DNA from: Scyliorhinus canicula | Lineage: Eukaryota | Direction: 5' to 3' | Length of the DNA: 64,000 bases | Assembly (NCBI RefSeq): GCF_902713615.1 | Contig: NW_024055475.1 | Span: 1-64,000 of the forward strand | In this document: piece after piece, positions 1 to 11,659 of the stretch | Layout: each line of letters opens with the position of its first letter | Numbering within the stretch: position 1 is the stretch's first letter | The notes under the pieces: generated by a model | The model's input: only the letters and a program-made list of their open reading frames with translations | The model's database searches: none | What the model was told of the DNA's origin: nothing | Translations under genes and position numbers: made by a program

Positions 1-366
1 TCGGAGGGAGATAACCGCAGGGGACACCTGCACTGCCTTCCTGCTCTTTCTCGGCCTTTTGGTCACCCATTCCCCATCTCCATCACCAATCCTAATCTGC
101 AGTGTGACCAATTGTCACTTGACAACAGCCCCTTCACAAACCACCTTCAAGTTAGGCTGACCGCACTGCACGTATATGCAAATCTCCCCGGAACAGCCAA
201 TCAGTAGCTCCGCTCTGCTGCTCTCTGCTGGATGCTTGCTTGCACTCGAACTCCTCGGATCTCTTTCGCAGGTGCACCTTCAAATTAGGCTGACCGCACT
301 GCACGTATGCAAATCTCCCCGGAACAGCCAATCAGTAGCTCCGCTGTGCTGCCCTCTGCTGGATCT
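1..366 (-). mobile_element. Probable 5' end of a LINE-like element running off the left edge, with two ~133-bp monomers
   Basis: TTAGGCTGACCGCACTGCACGTA(TA)TGCAAATCTCCCCGGAACAGCCAATCAGTAGCTCCGCT occurs at ~152 and ~285. Each copy has ATGCAAAT and CCAAT. The LINE 5'UTR identity is inference. Confidence 0.45.
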
Positions 367-502
367 GCTGAATAGGGAATAGAAATTAAACACAATGTTG
401 GCCCTTCAACAGTTTCACTCTTCGAGATGGGTGAAGTGAAGGGAAATAGCTCTTAATGTGTTACTGACAATGCCAGTAGCTCCCATTCACCGAACTGCTC
501 AC

Positions 503-551
503 TGGCCACCCGAGCTACAACAGCCAGTAGAAAGGCCGATCAAGAGGACAA
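503..551 (-). pseudogene. Possible decayed V leader exon
   Basis: Minus strand reads TTG TCC TCT TGA TCG GCC TTT CTA CTG GCT GTT GTA GCT CGG GTG GCC A|GTGAGC: 16 codons +1, hydrophobic, phase-1 donor. A pyrimidine-rich acceptor TTTCCCTATTCAG lies 135 nt downstream (368-369). There is no ATG and one stop. Confidence 0.3.
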
Positions 552-726
552 GTGAGCTCTGAAGGCTTTCAGTTCCGCCAATTCCAGCTATTATATGGAA
601 TAAATGGCGTCGGCTTTGCAGGTTTGATCTGAATAGGATTAAGGATCAAGCTGTCTGTGTTTTCTCGTCACGCTGTGATCAGCAGAATGCACGGCAACTG
701 CCTCAGATATCTTTAACAAACATGTG

Positions 727-804
727 TTTAAATAGGTGACCGCAGACCAATCAGATCCAGCGAACCCTACTGTTCCGATCATTCGGTCCATAGTAGTGAC
801 GTCA
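727..804 (-). promoter_or_regulatory. V-type promoter module: CRE, CCAAT box, TATA-like
   Basis: TGACGTCA at 797-804, CCAATCAG at ~748 and TATTTAAA (minus) at 727-734. Spacing matches the modules upstream of the intact V genes at ~16.5 and ~18.6 kb. Confidence 0.5.
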
Positions 805-1324
805 GAGCAGCCTCAGCCAATGCTCTCAGCTTTATCTTGTTGGATGTTCTGCAGGTTTCTGAGACAAAATAGTTCCTGGAATCCAGGACCAGCAGGAATG
901 CGAATCCCTGTTGGTCCTGTGATCTGGGTGGATTCATTGTTGGAAAGACGTTTAAAACTTTAAAAAAAGTTAATTTCTGGTAGGAATAAATTTGGAAAGC
1001 AGGGCACCCGTGTAAAGCAAGCATCAGATCCGCCTTAGAGCACACATGAATCTTTGTCCTAGTCTCCTCATTACAGGGGTTTATGTTCGCAAAACACAAT
1101 GCAAACGCGAGTTAGAGTGACGATACCGGAATGAGAAGATGAAATCTAGCAGAAAGCAATGTAAATGTGATTCTTTTCTGTACTCACGGAAAGCCAAGCT
1201 TGATGTCTTTACAATGATATCATGGACGTGTGGAGAGGATCATTCAACATGTGGAATGTTCCAAATCTCCATGTCAGAAATCTGCCTAACCTGTACATCT
1301 TTGGACACGAAGTGTCAATTGTTC

Positions 1325-1500
1325 ATGGTCAATCCACCTAACCTGCACATCTTTGGACTGCGGGAGGAAGCCTCAGCATCTGGAGGGCATCCAGGCAGAT
1401 ACGGGGAGAACGTGCAAACTCCAAACAGATAGTCACCCATGGACGGAATCGTACCCGGATCCCTTGCGTTATCAAGCAACAGCACTAACCACTGGGGGAA
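1325..1500 (-). mobile_element. tRNA-derived SINE (HE1-like)
   Basis: AATCCACCTAACCTGCACATCTTTGGACTG...GCACTAACCACT, the reverse complement of the SINE core repeated across the window. Confidence 0.8.
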
Positions 1501-1687
1501 TAATTGGGCGTTGTTGGGATGTACAATCATGGAGAATATTTTCAACGTGAATAATATTCATATCATCACAGAAGGCAAAATACCAATCCATCTCTGATGC
1601 CTTGTCCTCAATGACAAATAATCTTGGACCATATTTCTCATTTATTCTCTCCATAATAATAATAATCTTAATTAGCGTTACAAGTAT

Positions 1688-1965
1688 GGGCGGCACGGTA
1701 GCGCAGTGGTTAGCACGTTGTTTCACAGCGCCAGATTCGATTCCCGGCCTGGGTCACTGTCTGTGCAGAGTCTGCACGTTCTCCCTGTGCCTGTGTGGGT
1801 TTCCCGTCGGTGCTCCGGTTTCCTCCCACAAGTCCCGAAAGAGGTGCTGTGAGATGAATTTGACATTCTGAATTCTCCCTTTGCATACCCGAACAGGCGC
1901 CGGAATGTGGCGTCTTGTGGCTTTTCAAAGTAACATCATTGCAGCGTTAATTTAAGCCTGCTTGA
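1688..1965 (+). mobile_element. tRNA-derived SINE
   Basis: GGGCGGCACGGTAGCGCAGTGGTTAG (A box), GATTCGATTCCC (B box), the core GGGTCACTGTCTGTGCAGAGTCTGCACGTTCTCC and the GAACAGGCGCCGGAATGTGGCG tail. Confidence 0.85.
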
Positions 1966-2429
1966 TTATTTTCGTTTAAAAGTTGGTTTACATTAACACT
2001 GCAATGAAGTTACTGTGAAATCCAATAAAAGGAGCAGATTTCTCCTTTAGCACATGACGTTCTGGTTGGCCATCTTGGAATTTCGAGGAGAGCCACATTG
2101 GATTTGAAATATTAACTATTGGTAACGATCAACAGATCCTGCCAGACCTGCTGCTTCTTTCCAGCAAATATTGTTTATATTACAGATCAACACTATCTGC
2201 AACATTTTTGATTTGAATAATGATGGGTATGTGTTGCGTTTGATGGGGACTGATCACGCAAGTTGGTTTATTGCTGCGATTTTCCTGAATTGAAGGAAAC
2301 GAATTCAGAACGAATTTCTTGATAAAAATGCTGGAATGTTTGAGGTCTGGTGTTGTAGCTGCTCCCAGATATGGATGACTACCGTTTCCATTGGCTGCCC
2401 ATCATTGACTAACCTCGCCTTTTCTAACA

Positions 2430-2625
2430 GCAGCTGCTAACTACTGATTTAGCTCACTGGGCTAATTCGCTGGCTTTTAAAGCAGACCAAGCAGGCCAGC
2501 AGCTCGGTTCGATTCCCGTATCAGCCTCCCCGGACAGCCGCTGGAATGTGGCGACTAGGGCCTTTTCACAGTAATTTCATTGAAGCCTACTCGTGACAAT
2601 AAGCAATTTTCATTTTTCATTTCAT
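2430..2625 (+). mobile_element. Short tRNA-head SINE (second family)
   Basis: TTTAGCTCACTGGGCTAA...GGTTCGATTCCCG head with a GGAATGTGGCGACTAGGG...GTGACAATAAGC tail. Relatives at ~15290 and ~46917. Confidence 0.75.
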
Positions 2626-2739
2626 TTCAAAGATCCTCCAAGACATGGAATGCAAAAGAAACCACTGACATTTCAATATGCGGGAAACTTACATTGGACC
2701 AGAGCACCATCTGGCAGTCAACTAGCAACATGTTTTTTC

Positions 2740-3310
2740 AAACCTGCATGTGAGGGAGAGACAGGGAGAAAAACAAAAACAGGGAGATAAACAATAGGAA
2801 AGACAATGGCAGATAATGAGACAGGGACATGGAGGCAAACAGGGCGAGAAAGAAGGAGGAACTTAGATAAAGATACAGTAAGAGGAGAAAATGGAGTAAT
2901 ACGGAGAATTACGAATTGAGAAATGAAGAAAATCAAATGGCAGATTCAGAGGGAGAGACCGTGAAAGAAATAGTGAACTGAATAGAAGGGAACAGTTCGA
3001 GATGTTGGGAGATGAGCAAGAGGAAAGCGAATGGTGGAAATGTGGGAGATACCGAGTGATAATTAGTGGGACATAATCAGAAAAATGAGGCAGAAATGGA
3101 GGCAGAAAGAGAAAGAGATGAAAATGTGGTGTAGAAAAAGTGAAGGAAATGGATGCAGATATATGGACACAATACAGATGGAGGAACTAAGAGATAGAAA
3201 TAACCAATTGATAAGAGGAACAGGGAGATAGACAGTGAGGGTAATACGGTGCACCTTGAGAAAAGCAATGCCTGAAATTGAATCTAATGAGTACAGACAC
3301 CAGAAAGATA
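2740..3310 (+). repeat. GA-rich low-complexity tract
   Basis: Purine-rich AGA/GGA sequence with no clean period. Confidence 0.6.
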
Positions 3311-3379
3311 CATAAAGCACGCATAGATCTAACATTGCTTCGGCAGAAACTCAACGTCAAAGCACCTTTAATACGAGGA

Positions 3380-5360
3380 GATACAAATTTGTTTCGAGGA
3401 GGTCAGGATATGCCGTGAAAGCAGTAAAGATGAACTTCCAATGTCGTTGTGGTACCAACGCCAGGGAACAACTGCTCACTAATCTTTAAACTACCTACAT
3501 TATGTATAATATGGAGGACAGACAAGCAGTCTGAAGGATTCGCACAGAACTATGTGATATATTGCGCAAATAGAAATTTAATAGGGCCTGAGTCACAGGT
3601 GTTAGAAAACCGCTATTCTTAGGAAATCAAGTGAAATCAGTGATATTTGGGAGGACATGTCAATCAGGGCGGAAGAGAGTATTACCCAGAAATGAATTCT
3701 CACTGAGAGTGAGAGGATGACGAAGTGCGATGCAAGGTGCATGTTAAGGTCCTTGATGGGCTGCTCTCCAAAGCAGGAAATGATCTGTCAAGTAGAAATA
3801 CAAAATCCAGTCGAACTGAACTGGCGACTTAACCAACGACAGAAATGGGCACTGGGAAGCAATATCTGCAATAGCACAATCGGATTAAACCAAGAGAAGG
3901 AAACGCAATAACGCAATGTCCAGCAATATCACAGACTCAAAACTGGCTAATTATAGGTCAGTTAGCTTAACTTCGGTAGTAGGGAAGATGCTGGAATCTA
4001 TCATCGAAGAAGAAATAGCGAGGCATCTGGATGGAAATGGTCCCATTGGGCAGACGCAGCATGGGTTCATAAAGGGCAGTTAATTGTGTGGAATCTTTTG
4101 AGGACATTACCAGTGCGGTAGATAACGGGGAGCCAATGGATGTGGTACATCTGGATTTCCAGAAAGCTTTTGACAAGTTTCCACACAAAAGATTGCTGCA
4201 TGAGATAAAGATGCATGACATTAAGGGTAAACTAGTAGCATGGATAGAGGATTGGTTAATTAATAGAAAGCAAAGAGTGGTGATTATTGGGTGTTCCACT
4301 GGTTGGCAATCAGTAGCTAGTGGTGTCCCTCAGGGATCAGTGTTGTGCCCACAATGTTTCACAATTTACATAGATGATTTGGAGTTGGAGACCAAGGGCA
4401 ATGTGTCCAAGTTTGCAAACGATACTAAGATGAGTGGTAGAGCAAAAAGTGCAGAGGATACCGGAAGAGGGATTTGGATAGGTTAAGTGAATCGTCTAAT
4501 GACTGGCAGATGGAATACAGTGTTGACAAATGTGAAGTTATCCATTTTGGTAGGAATAACAGCAAAAGGGATTATTATTTAAATTATAAAATATTAAAAC
4601 ATGCTGCTCTGCAGAGGGACCTGGGGGTGTACTAGTGCCTGAGTCGCAAAACGTTAGTTTACAGGTGCAACAGGTGAGTAAGAAGGCAAATGGAGTTTTG
4701 ACCTTCATTGCTAGAGGGATGGCGTTTAAGACGAGGGAGGTTATGCTGCAATTGCATAAGGTGTTAGTGAGGCCACGCCTGGAGTATTGTGTTCAGTTTT
4801 GGTCTTCTTATCTGAGAAAGGACGTACTGGCGCTGGAGGGTGTGCAGAGGAGATTCACTAGGTTAATCCCAGAGTTGAGGGGGTTGGATTACGAGGAGAG
4901 GTTGAGTAGACTGGGACTGTACTAGTTGGAATTTAGAAGGATACGGGGGGGGGGGGGGGGGGGTCGTATAGAAACAGATAAAATAATGAAGGGAATAAAT
5001 AGGATAGATGCGGGCAGGTTGTTTACACTGGCGGGTGAAAGCAGAGCTAGGGGGCATAGCCTCAAAATAAGGGGAAGTAGATTTAGGCCTGAGTTTAGGA
5101 GGAACTTCTTCACCCAAATGGTTGTGAATCTATGGAATTCCTTGCCCAATGAAGCAGTTGAGGCTCCTTCATTAAAGTTTTTAAGATAAAGATATATAGT
5201 TGGGTTTTTTAGGAATAAAGGGATTAAGGGTTATGGTGTTCGGGCCGGAAAGTGGAGATGAGCCCACAAAAGATCAGCCATGATCTCATTGAATAGCGGA
5301 GCAGGCTCGAGGGGCCAGATGGCCTTCTCCTGCTGTGAGTTCTTATGTTCTTCTGTTCTT
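3380..5360 (+). mobile_element. CR1 LINE, degenerate ORF2 (RT and 3' end)
   Basis: ORF fragments DFQKAFDKFPH, SGVPQGSVL, SKFAND, RPRLEYCVQFWS and RRNFFTQ. Ends in TTCTTATG/TTCTG-type tail repeats. Confidence 0.9.
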
Positions 5361-6080
5361 ATGATCAAACTATCAGCTGTGATCGTAATTGATGGAGTGG
5401 AAATATCATCGCGTGAGTCTCCAGAAATCTGAGCCTATTCTGCACCTTCTCACTGCTCAAGTGACTGTGGCAAAAAACAAGTATGTGGGCAGGAAGGACC
5501 CAGAATCACAAATATTTAAGGAACTGAAATAGGCGTATTTGAAAGTGCAACATCTAGCGGCTTTAATACTCACATTTTCCACGTTGCCTTCCGTTTTCAA
5601 TTTATGACAATATTCATTTGACAAGTTCCTGAGCATCTTCGCCCTTTGTCATTTTGATGTGGTATTCTTGCTAATAAGAAAGCACAATGGTAAAAAATAA
5701 AAATCGTCTTTCACTATACATTTTTACATGAAATTGATGTGATTTTGTCGTTGAATCATTTACCACTGAAAATAATTACATGCGATCTACTCCAACACAA
5801 GAGCAAACGTTTGAGGAGGTGAATTGATTCCCTTTCTATATTTTTTGTGACAAGCAAAATAATCCAAGATTCCCTTGTCTGTTTTCATAAACGTCCTTCA
5901 TTCCTGGTACTCTGACATGTAATATCGTCACTCTCTCCAACGTATTGAAAAAAATAGAAAAATGCAAGGAAAATCGCTTATTGTCACAAGTAGACTTCAA
6001 ATGACGTTACTGTGAAAACCCCTAGTCGCCGCATTCCGGCGCCTGTTCGGGGATTAAAATTATTTGTACTTTGTCTTTCT

Positions 6081-6425
6081 CAGGGCAGCACGGTAGCATG
6101 GCGGTTAGCATAAATGCTTCACAGCTCCAGGGTCCCAGGTTCGATTCCCGGCTGGGTCACTGTCTGTGCGGAGTCTGCACATCCTCTCCGTGTGTGCGTG
6201 GGTTTCCTCCGCGTGCTCCGGTTTCCTCCCACAGTCCAAAGATGTGCGGGTTAGGTGGATTGGCCATGCTAAATTGCCCATAGTGTCCTAAAAAATAAGG
6301 TTAAGGGGGGGTTGTTTGGGTTACGGGTATAGGGTGGATACGTGGGTTTGAGTAGGGTGATCATTGCTCGGCACAACATCGAGGGCCTAAGGGCCTGTTC
6401 TGTGCTGTACTGTTCTATGTTCTAT
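6081..6425 (+). mobile_element. HE1-like SINE
   Basis: A and B boxes, the core, and a CR1-like TTCTATG tail. Confidence 0.85.
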
Positions 6426-6544
6426 GTCCTTTTACTGGATTTGGACAGAGAATTCCAGTAATACCTTCTGCAGAATTAGGAACACCTTTCGATATAAATA
6501 GCATCAATGACAAAACCTGTGCCTAAATGGCTCCAATTTATCGA

Positions 6545-6880
6545 ATAGAATCATAGAATTTCTCAGAGTGCGGAAGGAGGATATTCGGCCATCGAGTCCG
6601 CACCGATCCTCTAAAAGAGCACTCCACCCAAGTCCACGTCCACACCCTATGCCTATAACCTTTTAACCTAACCCCACATCCCTTCCACTGAGGGACAATT
6701 TAGCATGGCCAATCCACCTAACCTGCTCATCTCTGGATTATGAACGGAAATCGGAGCACCCGGAGGAAACCGACGAAGACACGGTGAGAAAGTGCAAACT
6801 CCACACAGTTATCCACAGTTACAGGAATTGAATCTGGGTCCCTGGCGCTGTGAGGAGGCAGTGCTAACCACTGTGCCAAC
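6545..6880 (-). mobile_element. HE1-like SINE
   Basis: Reverse complement of the same family, with the ATAGAA tail at the left end. Confidence 0.8.
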
Positions 6881-7062
6881 GTGCAGAAATTTAGCTTTCT
6901 GACAAACGTTCATGTCTGCAGATAAAATACTCACCGGATCCATTCAATGACCTCCTCCTAAAACGGATGACTTAGCACCCGCCCTCAGATGCTCCAATGT
7001 CAAGCATGCGCCTGATTACGTCACGTGAGAGCACTGACAAAGCCAATGGGGTTGGCATCCGG

Positions 7063-7072
7063 AGTGATGTCA
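7063..7072 (+). promoter_or_regulatory. CRE-like TCR V promoter decamer AGTGATGTCA
   Basis: Exact decamer ~125 nt upstream of the V leader ATG at 7196. The paralog has AGTGAGGTCA at 10122-10131. Confidence 0.65.
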
Positions 7073-7195
7073 CAATAACACTGATCCCAAGAAATGTGTG
7101 GATGGAACAATGAGCTGAACAGAGCCGGGTTCCCGCTCTGCTTCTCAATCTCTGCCTCATTCCAGTCCCATACACTCAGAGATATTCAGTCAGAC

Positions 7196-7625
7196 ATGTC
7201 TCTGTTAATACTGGCGGCGTTCTTGCATAGTAAGTACTGGATTATGGGCTGGATCCTCCATGTGTTTCCAACTCTCAGATTCTCGCAAAGTTTTATTAAC
7301 TCTTCCTCTACTTTCATTCCTCCATTTTCGCAGGTGGACTTTACGCAGATCCAGTAACTCAGTCACCGGTGAAAATATTTCCATCAGAGGGGGATTCAGT
7401 GCAGTTAGATTGCCAATATACAGACCCGACTATGCACCACATGCTACGGTATCAGCAAAAACCGGGATAGCCGCCGAAATTGATCATTATTAACATATTG
7501 ACGATGAAGAAAGAGGAGATCTCAGGGCGATATCTGGCGGTTGCCAACAAGTCTAAAAGGAATGGTTATCTCAATATAAACGCACTCAGTGTGGAGGACG
7601 GGGCGGTCTATTACTGTGCAATGAG
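7196..7625 (+). pseudogene. TCR alpha/delta-type V segment V1, pseudogene
   Basis: Leader 7196-7229 (MSLLILAAFLH, GTAAGT donor). V exon 7334-7625 reads SGLYADPVTQSP...LDCQY...MLRYQQKPG*PPKL...EDGAVYYCAM. In-frame TAG at 7468-7470; the conserved Trp is replaced by Arg. Confidence 0.9.
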
Positions 7626-7664
7626 CACAGTGTCACGTAGCAGCTAAAACCATGTACAAAGCCC
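7626..7664 (+). promoter_or_regulatory. 23-RSS of V1
   Basis: CACAGTG, 23-nt spacer, ACAAAGCCC. Confidence 0.9.
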
Positions 7665-8455
7665 TCAGAGAGCATTTACAATTCCAATAAATTTGAGTTC
7701 GTGCTCTTGTCTCGGGGGATGGTTTGATCTCGAATCTGAAAAGCACTCAGGTCTATTTATCCACCAATTACATTGCTGTCACTGTCCTTGTACAGGTCAA
7801 TAAAGGAGCCGTTTGAGATTCGTGATATTAATCTGCATGTCTCTATGCACAGTAAATTTAACCGTGGAATGTCCACTTCCGAGCAGAAGTATTGCAAACT
7901 CTCAGATGTGGGGATGATAAAATCTTCTAGGACCATTAACTCAGGAGTGCTCCGACATGGAGCTACCCTCTACCATTGGAGCATCCTTCATGACGCTGTG
8001 GGGACAGCTGAACGATGCTGTGTCTCCCTCGATAACAAACACCGACTCAGGAGATTGTGATACCTCTTCACGGACCCACTAACAAACGAATTTGGAGCAG
8101 CAGTTGGTTATTCCTCCAACGTTCAATAAGTTTGTTATGTCACCATGGCCTCAGATTCACATGTCACCTAAACTGGATAACCATTAATTCCCCTTTTAAT
8201 CGAGAATACAAGCACATCTGCTTTGAAATATTCAATGAACCTACCTCAGCGGTCTCTGCGGAAGAGTTCCATAGATTCACGAAGCTCCCTCAGAAAAAAA
8301 ATCAAAGATATCCACATCCCGCCTTGCTCTTTTTCACAAAAGCATTATAAATGGTGATGGTCTTTCTGACCGTCCTCTCGCACCCACCTTGAGAGATGAA
8401 TATCCTCCCCCCCCCCCCCCCCCTCAACCACAACCTACCCATCCCCCTCTCAGTG

Positions 8456-8980
8456 CCCGTTTGTTCCTGGGCTCCACTGTCTTTCTGCTAAAATGTGACT
8501 GCCGGTACACAAATATATAGGAATATTTCTACTTATGAACTGATATTTCTCTAGATATATATGTCATATTGAGATAATTTCTACCTTTGCTGCTTCTCAG
8601 ATTCTCTCCAATCAGTCGGAACATGAGCCGGGCAGGCTGCCCGGATACTGACTGCATTAGGACAGTCAGGATCGATTGTATTGATGTGTGACGCTAATAT
8701 CCTCTCCAACCCTCATTTCAGTGTCCCGATGTTCCACTGGGTCTTGGTGGCTCCAGTCTGATAGAAACGAAGAGAAAACAACAATAATTTCAAAATTCAG
8801 AATCAGCCTCATATCGAAAAATATAACGGTCACCCATAGCATCTTCATTATTATTTAATAAACAATAATATCTGGTTACTCGGTGAGGGGAGAATGGGGG
8901 TTTTGCAGTGAAGGAAATACTGAGTAGCGAGATCATAACGTTGACAGCAAGAGGCGGTTCCCCGCGATAGTTCCTGAATC
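8456..8980 (-). pseudogene. Decayed TCR V segment, paralog of V3
   Basis: Acceptor TTCTATCAG|AC TGG AGC CAC CAA GAC CCA GTG GAA (WSHQDPVE vs WSQQDTVE in V3), then MFRLIGENL (MFRLIGQNV in V3), an internal deletion, IYLCTG, and a degenerate RSS (CACATTT...ACAAACGGG). Leader ATG and GT donor are lost. Confidence 0.75.
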
Positions 8981-10042
8981 AATCGCTCTTTAGCGCAGGC
9001 AATAATCTGTCAGAGCAGCAATCCAGATTCAGGTCCCACTGCATTGCTGATCCAACCAAAGCCAAGAATCGAGCAGCGGCAGTAATATCTGGAATATCAC
9101 AATGGTGTTGGGGCGAGGGCATCCAACGGAAACTGTGACGGGGACACCGCAGACTCAAAGCTGAAAAAAGTGTGCGGCGATTATCAGCTGCCGTCACAAG
9201 TGATGGAGCGGAAATAGCGACAGTTGAACATCCAGCAGCCCGTGACCATCCTGCACCCGCTCACTGCTCAACTCACCGAGAACAATATAGTGTCAGGGGG
9301 AGGGGGGATTAAACTGACTCTACCTGCCCTTATCGTCCTGCATTTAAATCCCGCGCTGGTTTCCGTTCTCACGTTCTGACAATACCTTTTGAAATGTTCT
9401 ATTGATTCTTCTCTCAACAATTTTGGAGCAAGTCTCCAAATGGTAACAACTCACAGTGCAATTAGTACCATTCACTCGCACAGGGTGCGGTGGCCAAGAG
9501 GAAAGGCTTTGGTCTCGTAAACCAAATTCGAATTCCGTCCATGCCGCGGTGTCGCTGCCAGGCTCCACTGCGCTCTTTGTGCTGAGCCAATCAAAGTCTT
9601 TGTTTCATCCTTTCCCACAAACACCCGCAGCAGGCAATATTATCCACCTGCCACGATCTTCTTTTTAAAACATTGAACCTTCAGCTGATGAAAATAATTC
9701 CGGACAATCTGTGTCTCTAAAAAAAACAAAATTCTGAGCGCATCAGTTTTTGTAATCATTATAATCAAAATAAACACAACTAGTCACAATCATTTTGACT
9801 TGTAACCTCCGCAAGTCTTGGAAATCTTTCGCCTTCGTCGACCCAGGGCTAAACAGAGAACTCCAGCGATGCATTGCACAGATTAAGCATAATTTTCTGA
9901 TTACAAACACCCTTAGTAACAAAGACAGTGTCTAAACAGCTGCATTTTGGATTTCTGGATAGCTTTCGGGTCCTGGTATGTATTGTAGTAAACTCTGAAT
10001 CCACGCAACAGCTGAATTCAAACACAGAGTAAACCGAATCCA

Positions 10043-10056
10043 CCAGCAGAGGGCGC
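10043..10056 (+). promoter_or_regulatory. CTCF-like motif
   Basis: CCAGCAGAGGGCGC matches the CTCF core consensus, ~190 nt upstream of the V2 ATG. Confidence 0.5.
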
Positions 10057-10236
10057 AAATTCAAGCAGGGGCGTCACAAACTCACCTCATGGTATTGGCT
10101 AAGCCGGTAGGATGGGAGGCGAGTGAGGTCACAATAGACCCTCCCCCCGCACACGGAGCGGAATAGAGCCCTGGTTCACTCCATCACAATGTCTGATTCC
10201 GTCCAGTCCAGGTCACTCTGAGAGATTCAGTCAGAG

Positions 10237-11407
10237 ATGTCTCTGTTAACACTGCCGGCGCTTTGGCACAGTAAGTAGTTACTGTTAATTAAACCAGATT
10301 AGCATATTAGTACACATGGACTGGAGTATAATTAACAATCGATAATGTCTATTATGGTCTATTATGGAACGTCTGAGGATCGTGGGATTATATTCATTGG
10401 AGTTTAGGAGGTTGAGGGGAGATCTAATAGAAACTTACAAGATAATGAATGGCTTGGATAGGATGGACGTAGGGAAGTTTTTTCCATTAGCAGGGGAGAC
10501 TAGGACGCAGGGGCACAGCCTTAGAATAAAAGGGAGTCACTTTAGAACAGAGATGAGGAGAAATTTCTTCAGCCAGAGAGTGGTAGGTCTGTGGAATTCA
10601 TTGCCACAGAGGGCGGTGGAGGCCGGGGCGTTGAGTGTCTTTAAGACAGAAATTGATAAATTCTTGATTTCTCGAGGAATTAAGGGCTATGGGGAGAGAG
10701 CGGGTAAATGGAGTTGAAATCAACCATGATTGAATGGTGGAGTGGACTCGATGGGTCGAATGGCCTTACTTCCGCTCCTATGTCTTATGGTCTTATGGTG
10801 CCTTAATCAGAGGTTCCAAAAAATGTCGTAGATGCAAGCACATTTGTATCAACTCTGTGTAAACTAAGGGCGGCACGTTGGCGCAATGGTTAGCACTGCT
10901 GCCTCGTTGCGCTGTGGACCCGGGATCTATCCTGGCCCCGGTTCGCTGTCCATGTGGAGTTTGCACGTTCTCACCCCCAGAATCCAAAGATGTACAGGCT
11001 AGGTGGGTTAGCCACGCTAAAAAGTACCCCTCAATTGAAGTAAACAAAGAAATTGGGTACTCTAAATTCATAAAGGAAAATAAATCTGTTCATTTTCTTC
11101 CTTTACTTTCGCAGACAGGCTATGCGCAGATTCAGTAACTCAGTTGCCGGTGACAATAACAGTGTCAGAAGGGGGTTTGGTGAAGTTAGATTGCCAATAT
11201 AAAGACCCCAACATGTACCAAATGCAACGGTATCAGGAAAAGCCGGCAGAGCCACCGAGATGGATAATCACCAACACCTTAGCAATGAAGAAAGATGAAG
11301 TTTCAGGACGATATCTGGCGGTTGCTGACCAATCTAAACAGAAAGGTGACCTCAGGATAAGCCCTCTTGGTGTGGAGGTAAGGGAGGTCAATTACTGCGC
11401 AGTGTTA
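10237..11407 (+). CDS. TCR alpha/delta-type V segment V2, open frame but atypical (ORF or pseudogene)
   Basis: Leader 10237-10270 (MSLLTLPALWH, GTAAGT). Intron 10271-11114. V exon 11115-11407 reads RLCADSVTQLPVTITVSEGGLVKLDCQY...MQRYQEKP...EVREVNYCAVL. No stop, but Trp is replaced by Arg and the D-x-A-x-Y-Y-C motif is eroded. Confidence 0.8.
10355..10795 (+). mobile_element. CR1 3' fragment in the V2 leader intron
   Basis: [25 protein letters not shown]...RRNFFSQRVV with a TCTTATGG tail. Confidence 0.9.
10868..11075 (+). mobile_element. SINE in the V2 leader intron
   Basis: GGGCGGCACGTTGGCGCAATGGTTAG head plus the family core. Confidence 0.75.
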
Positions 11408-11446
11408 CACAGAGTTAGAGAAAATCTAAAGTGCCATACAGACATG
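11408..11446 (+). promoter_or_regulatory. Degenerate 23-RSS of V2
   Basis: CACAGAG, 23-nt spacer, ACAGACATG. Confidence 0.6.
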
Positions 11447-11659
11447 TCAGTCAGTATTTACAGCTTCACTGAGGCTCCTTTTCTTGAATGAGGTGTTCCT
11501 GTGCTCACGCAAGCAGTAGAGTCTATTTACCGAACATTTTTCTGTCCTCTCAATCCTGAGAGCTATCACACCGCGAATTTAATTGTAACTTTACAACCTG
11601 AATATCTACCTAGCAGCAGAGGGAAACACTGAAATGAGGAGTTAAGATAGACGAAAACC

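Noticed and set aside
779-1260. Possible further decayed minus-strand V (GTGAGT donor near 1185, NYFVSET ending)
   Set aside because: No conserved Cys/Trp spacing and no RSS; too weak to call.
9452-9490. Isolated CACAGTG heptamer as a D/J RSS
   Set aside because: No nonamer at 12 or 23 nt. Other CACAGTG/CACTGTG hits lie inside SINEs.
9849-10064. V-like echoes (DSV, FSC, YQ, LNLCNASLE)
   Set aside because: The fragments fall in different frames, with no YYC or RSS.
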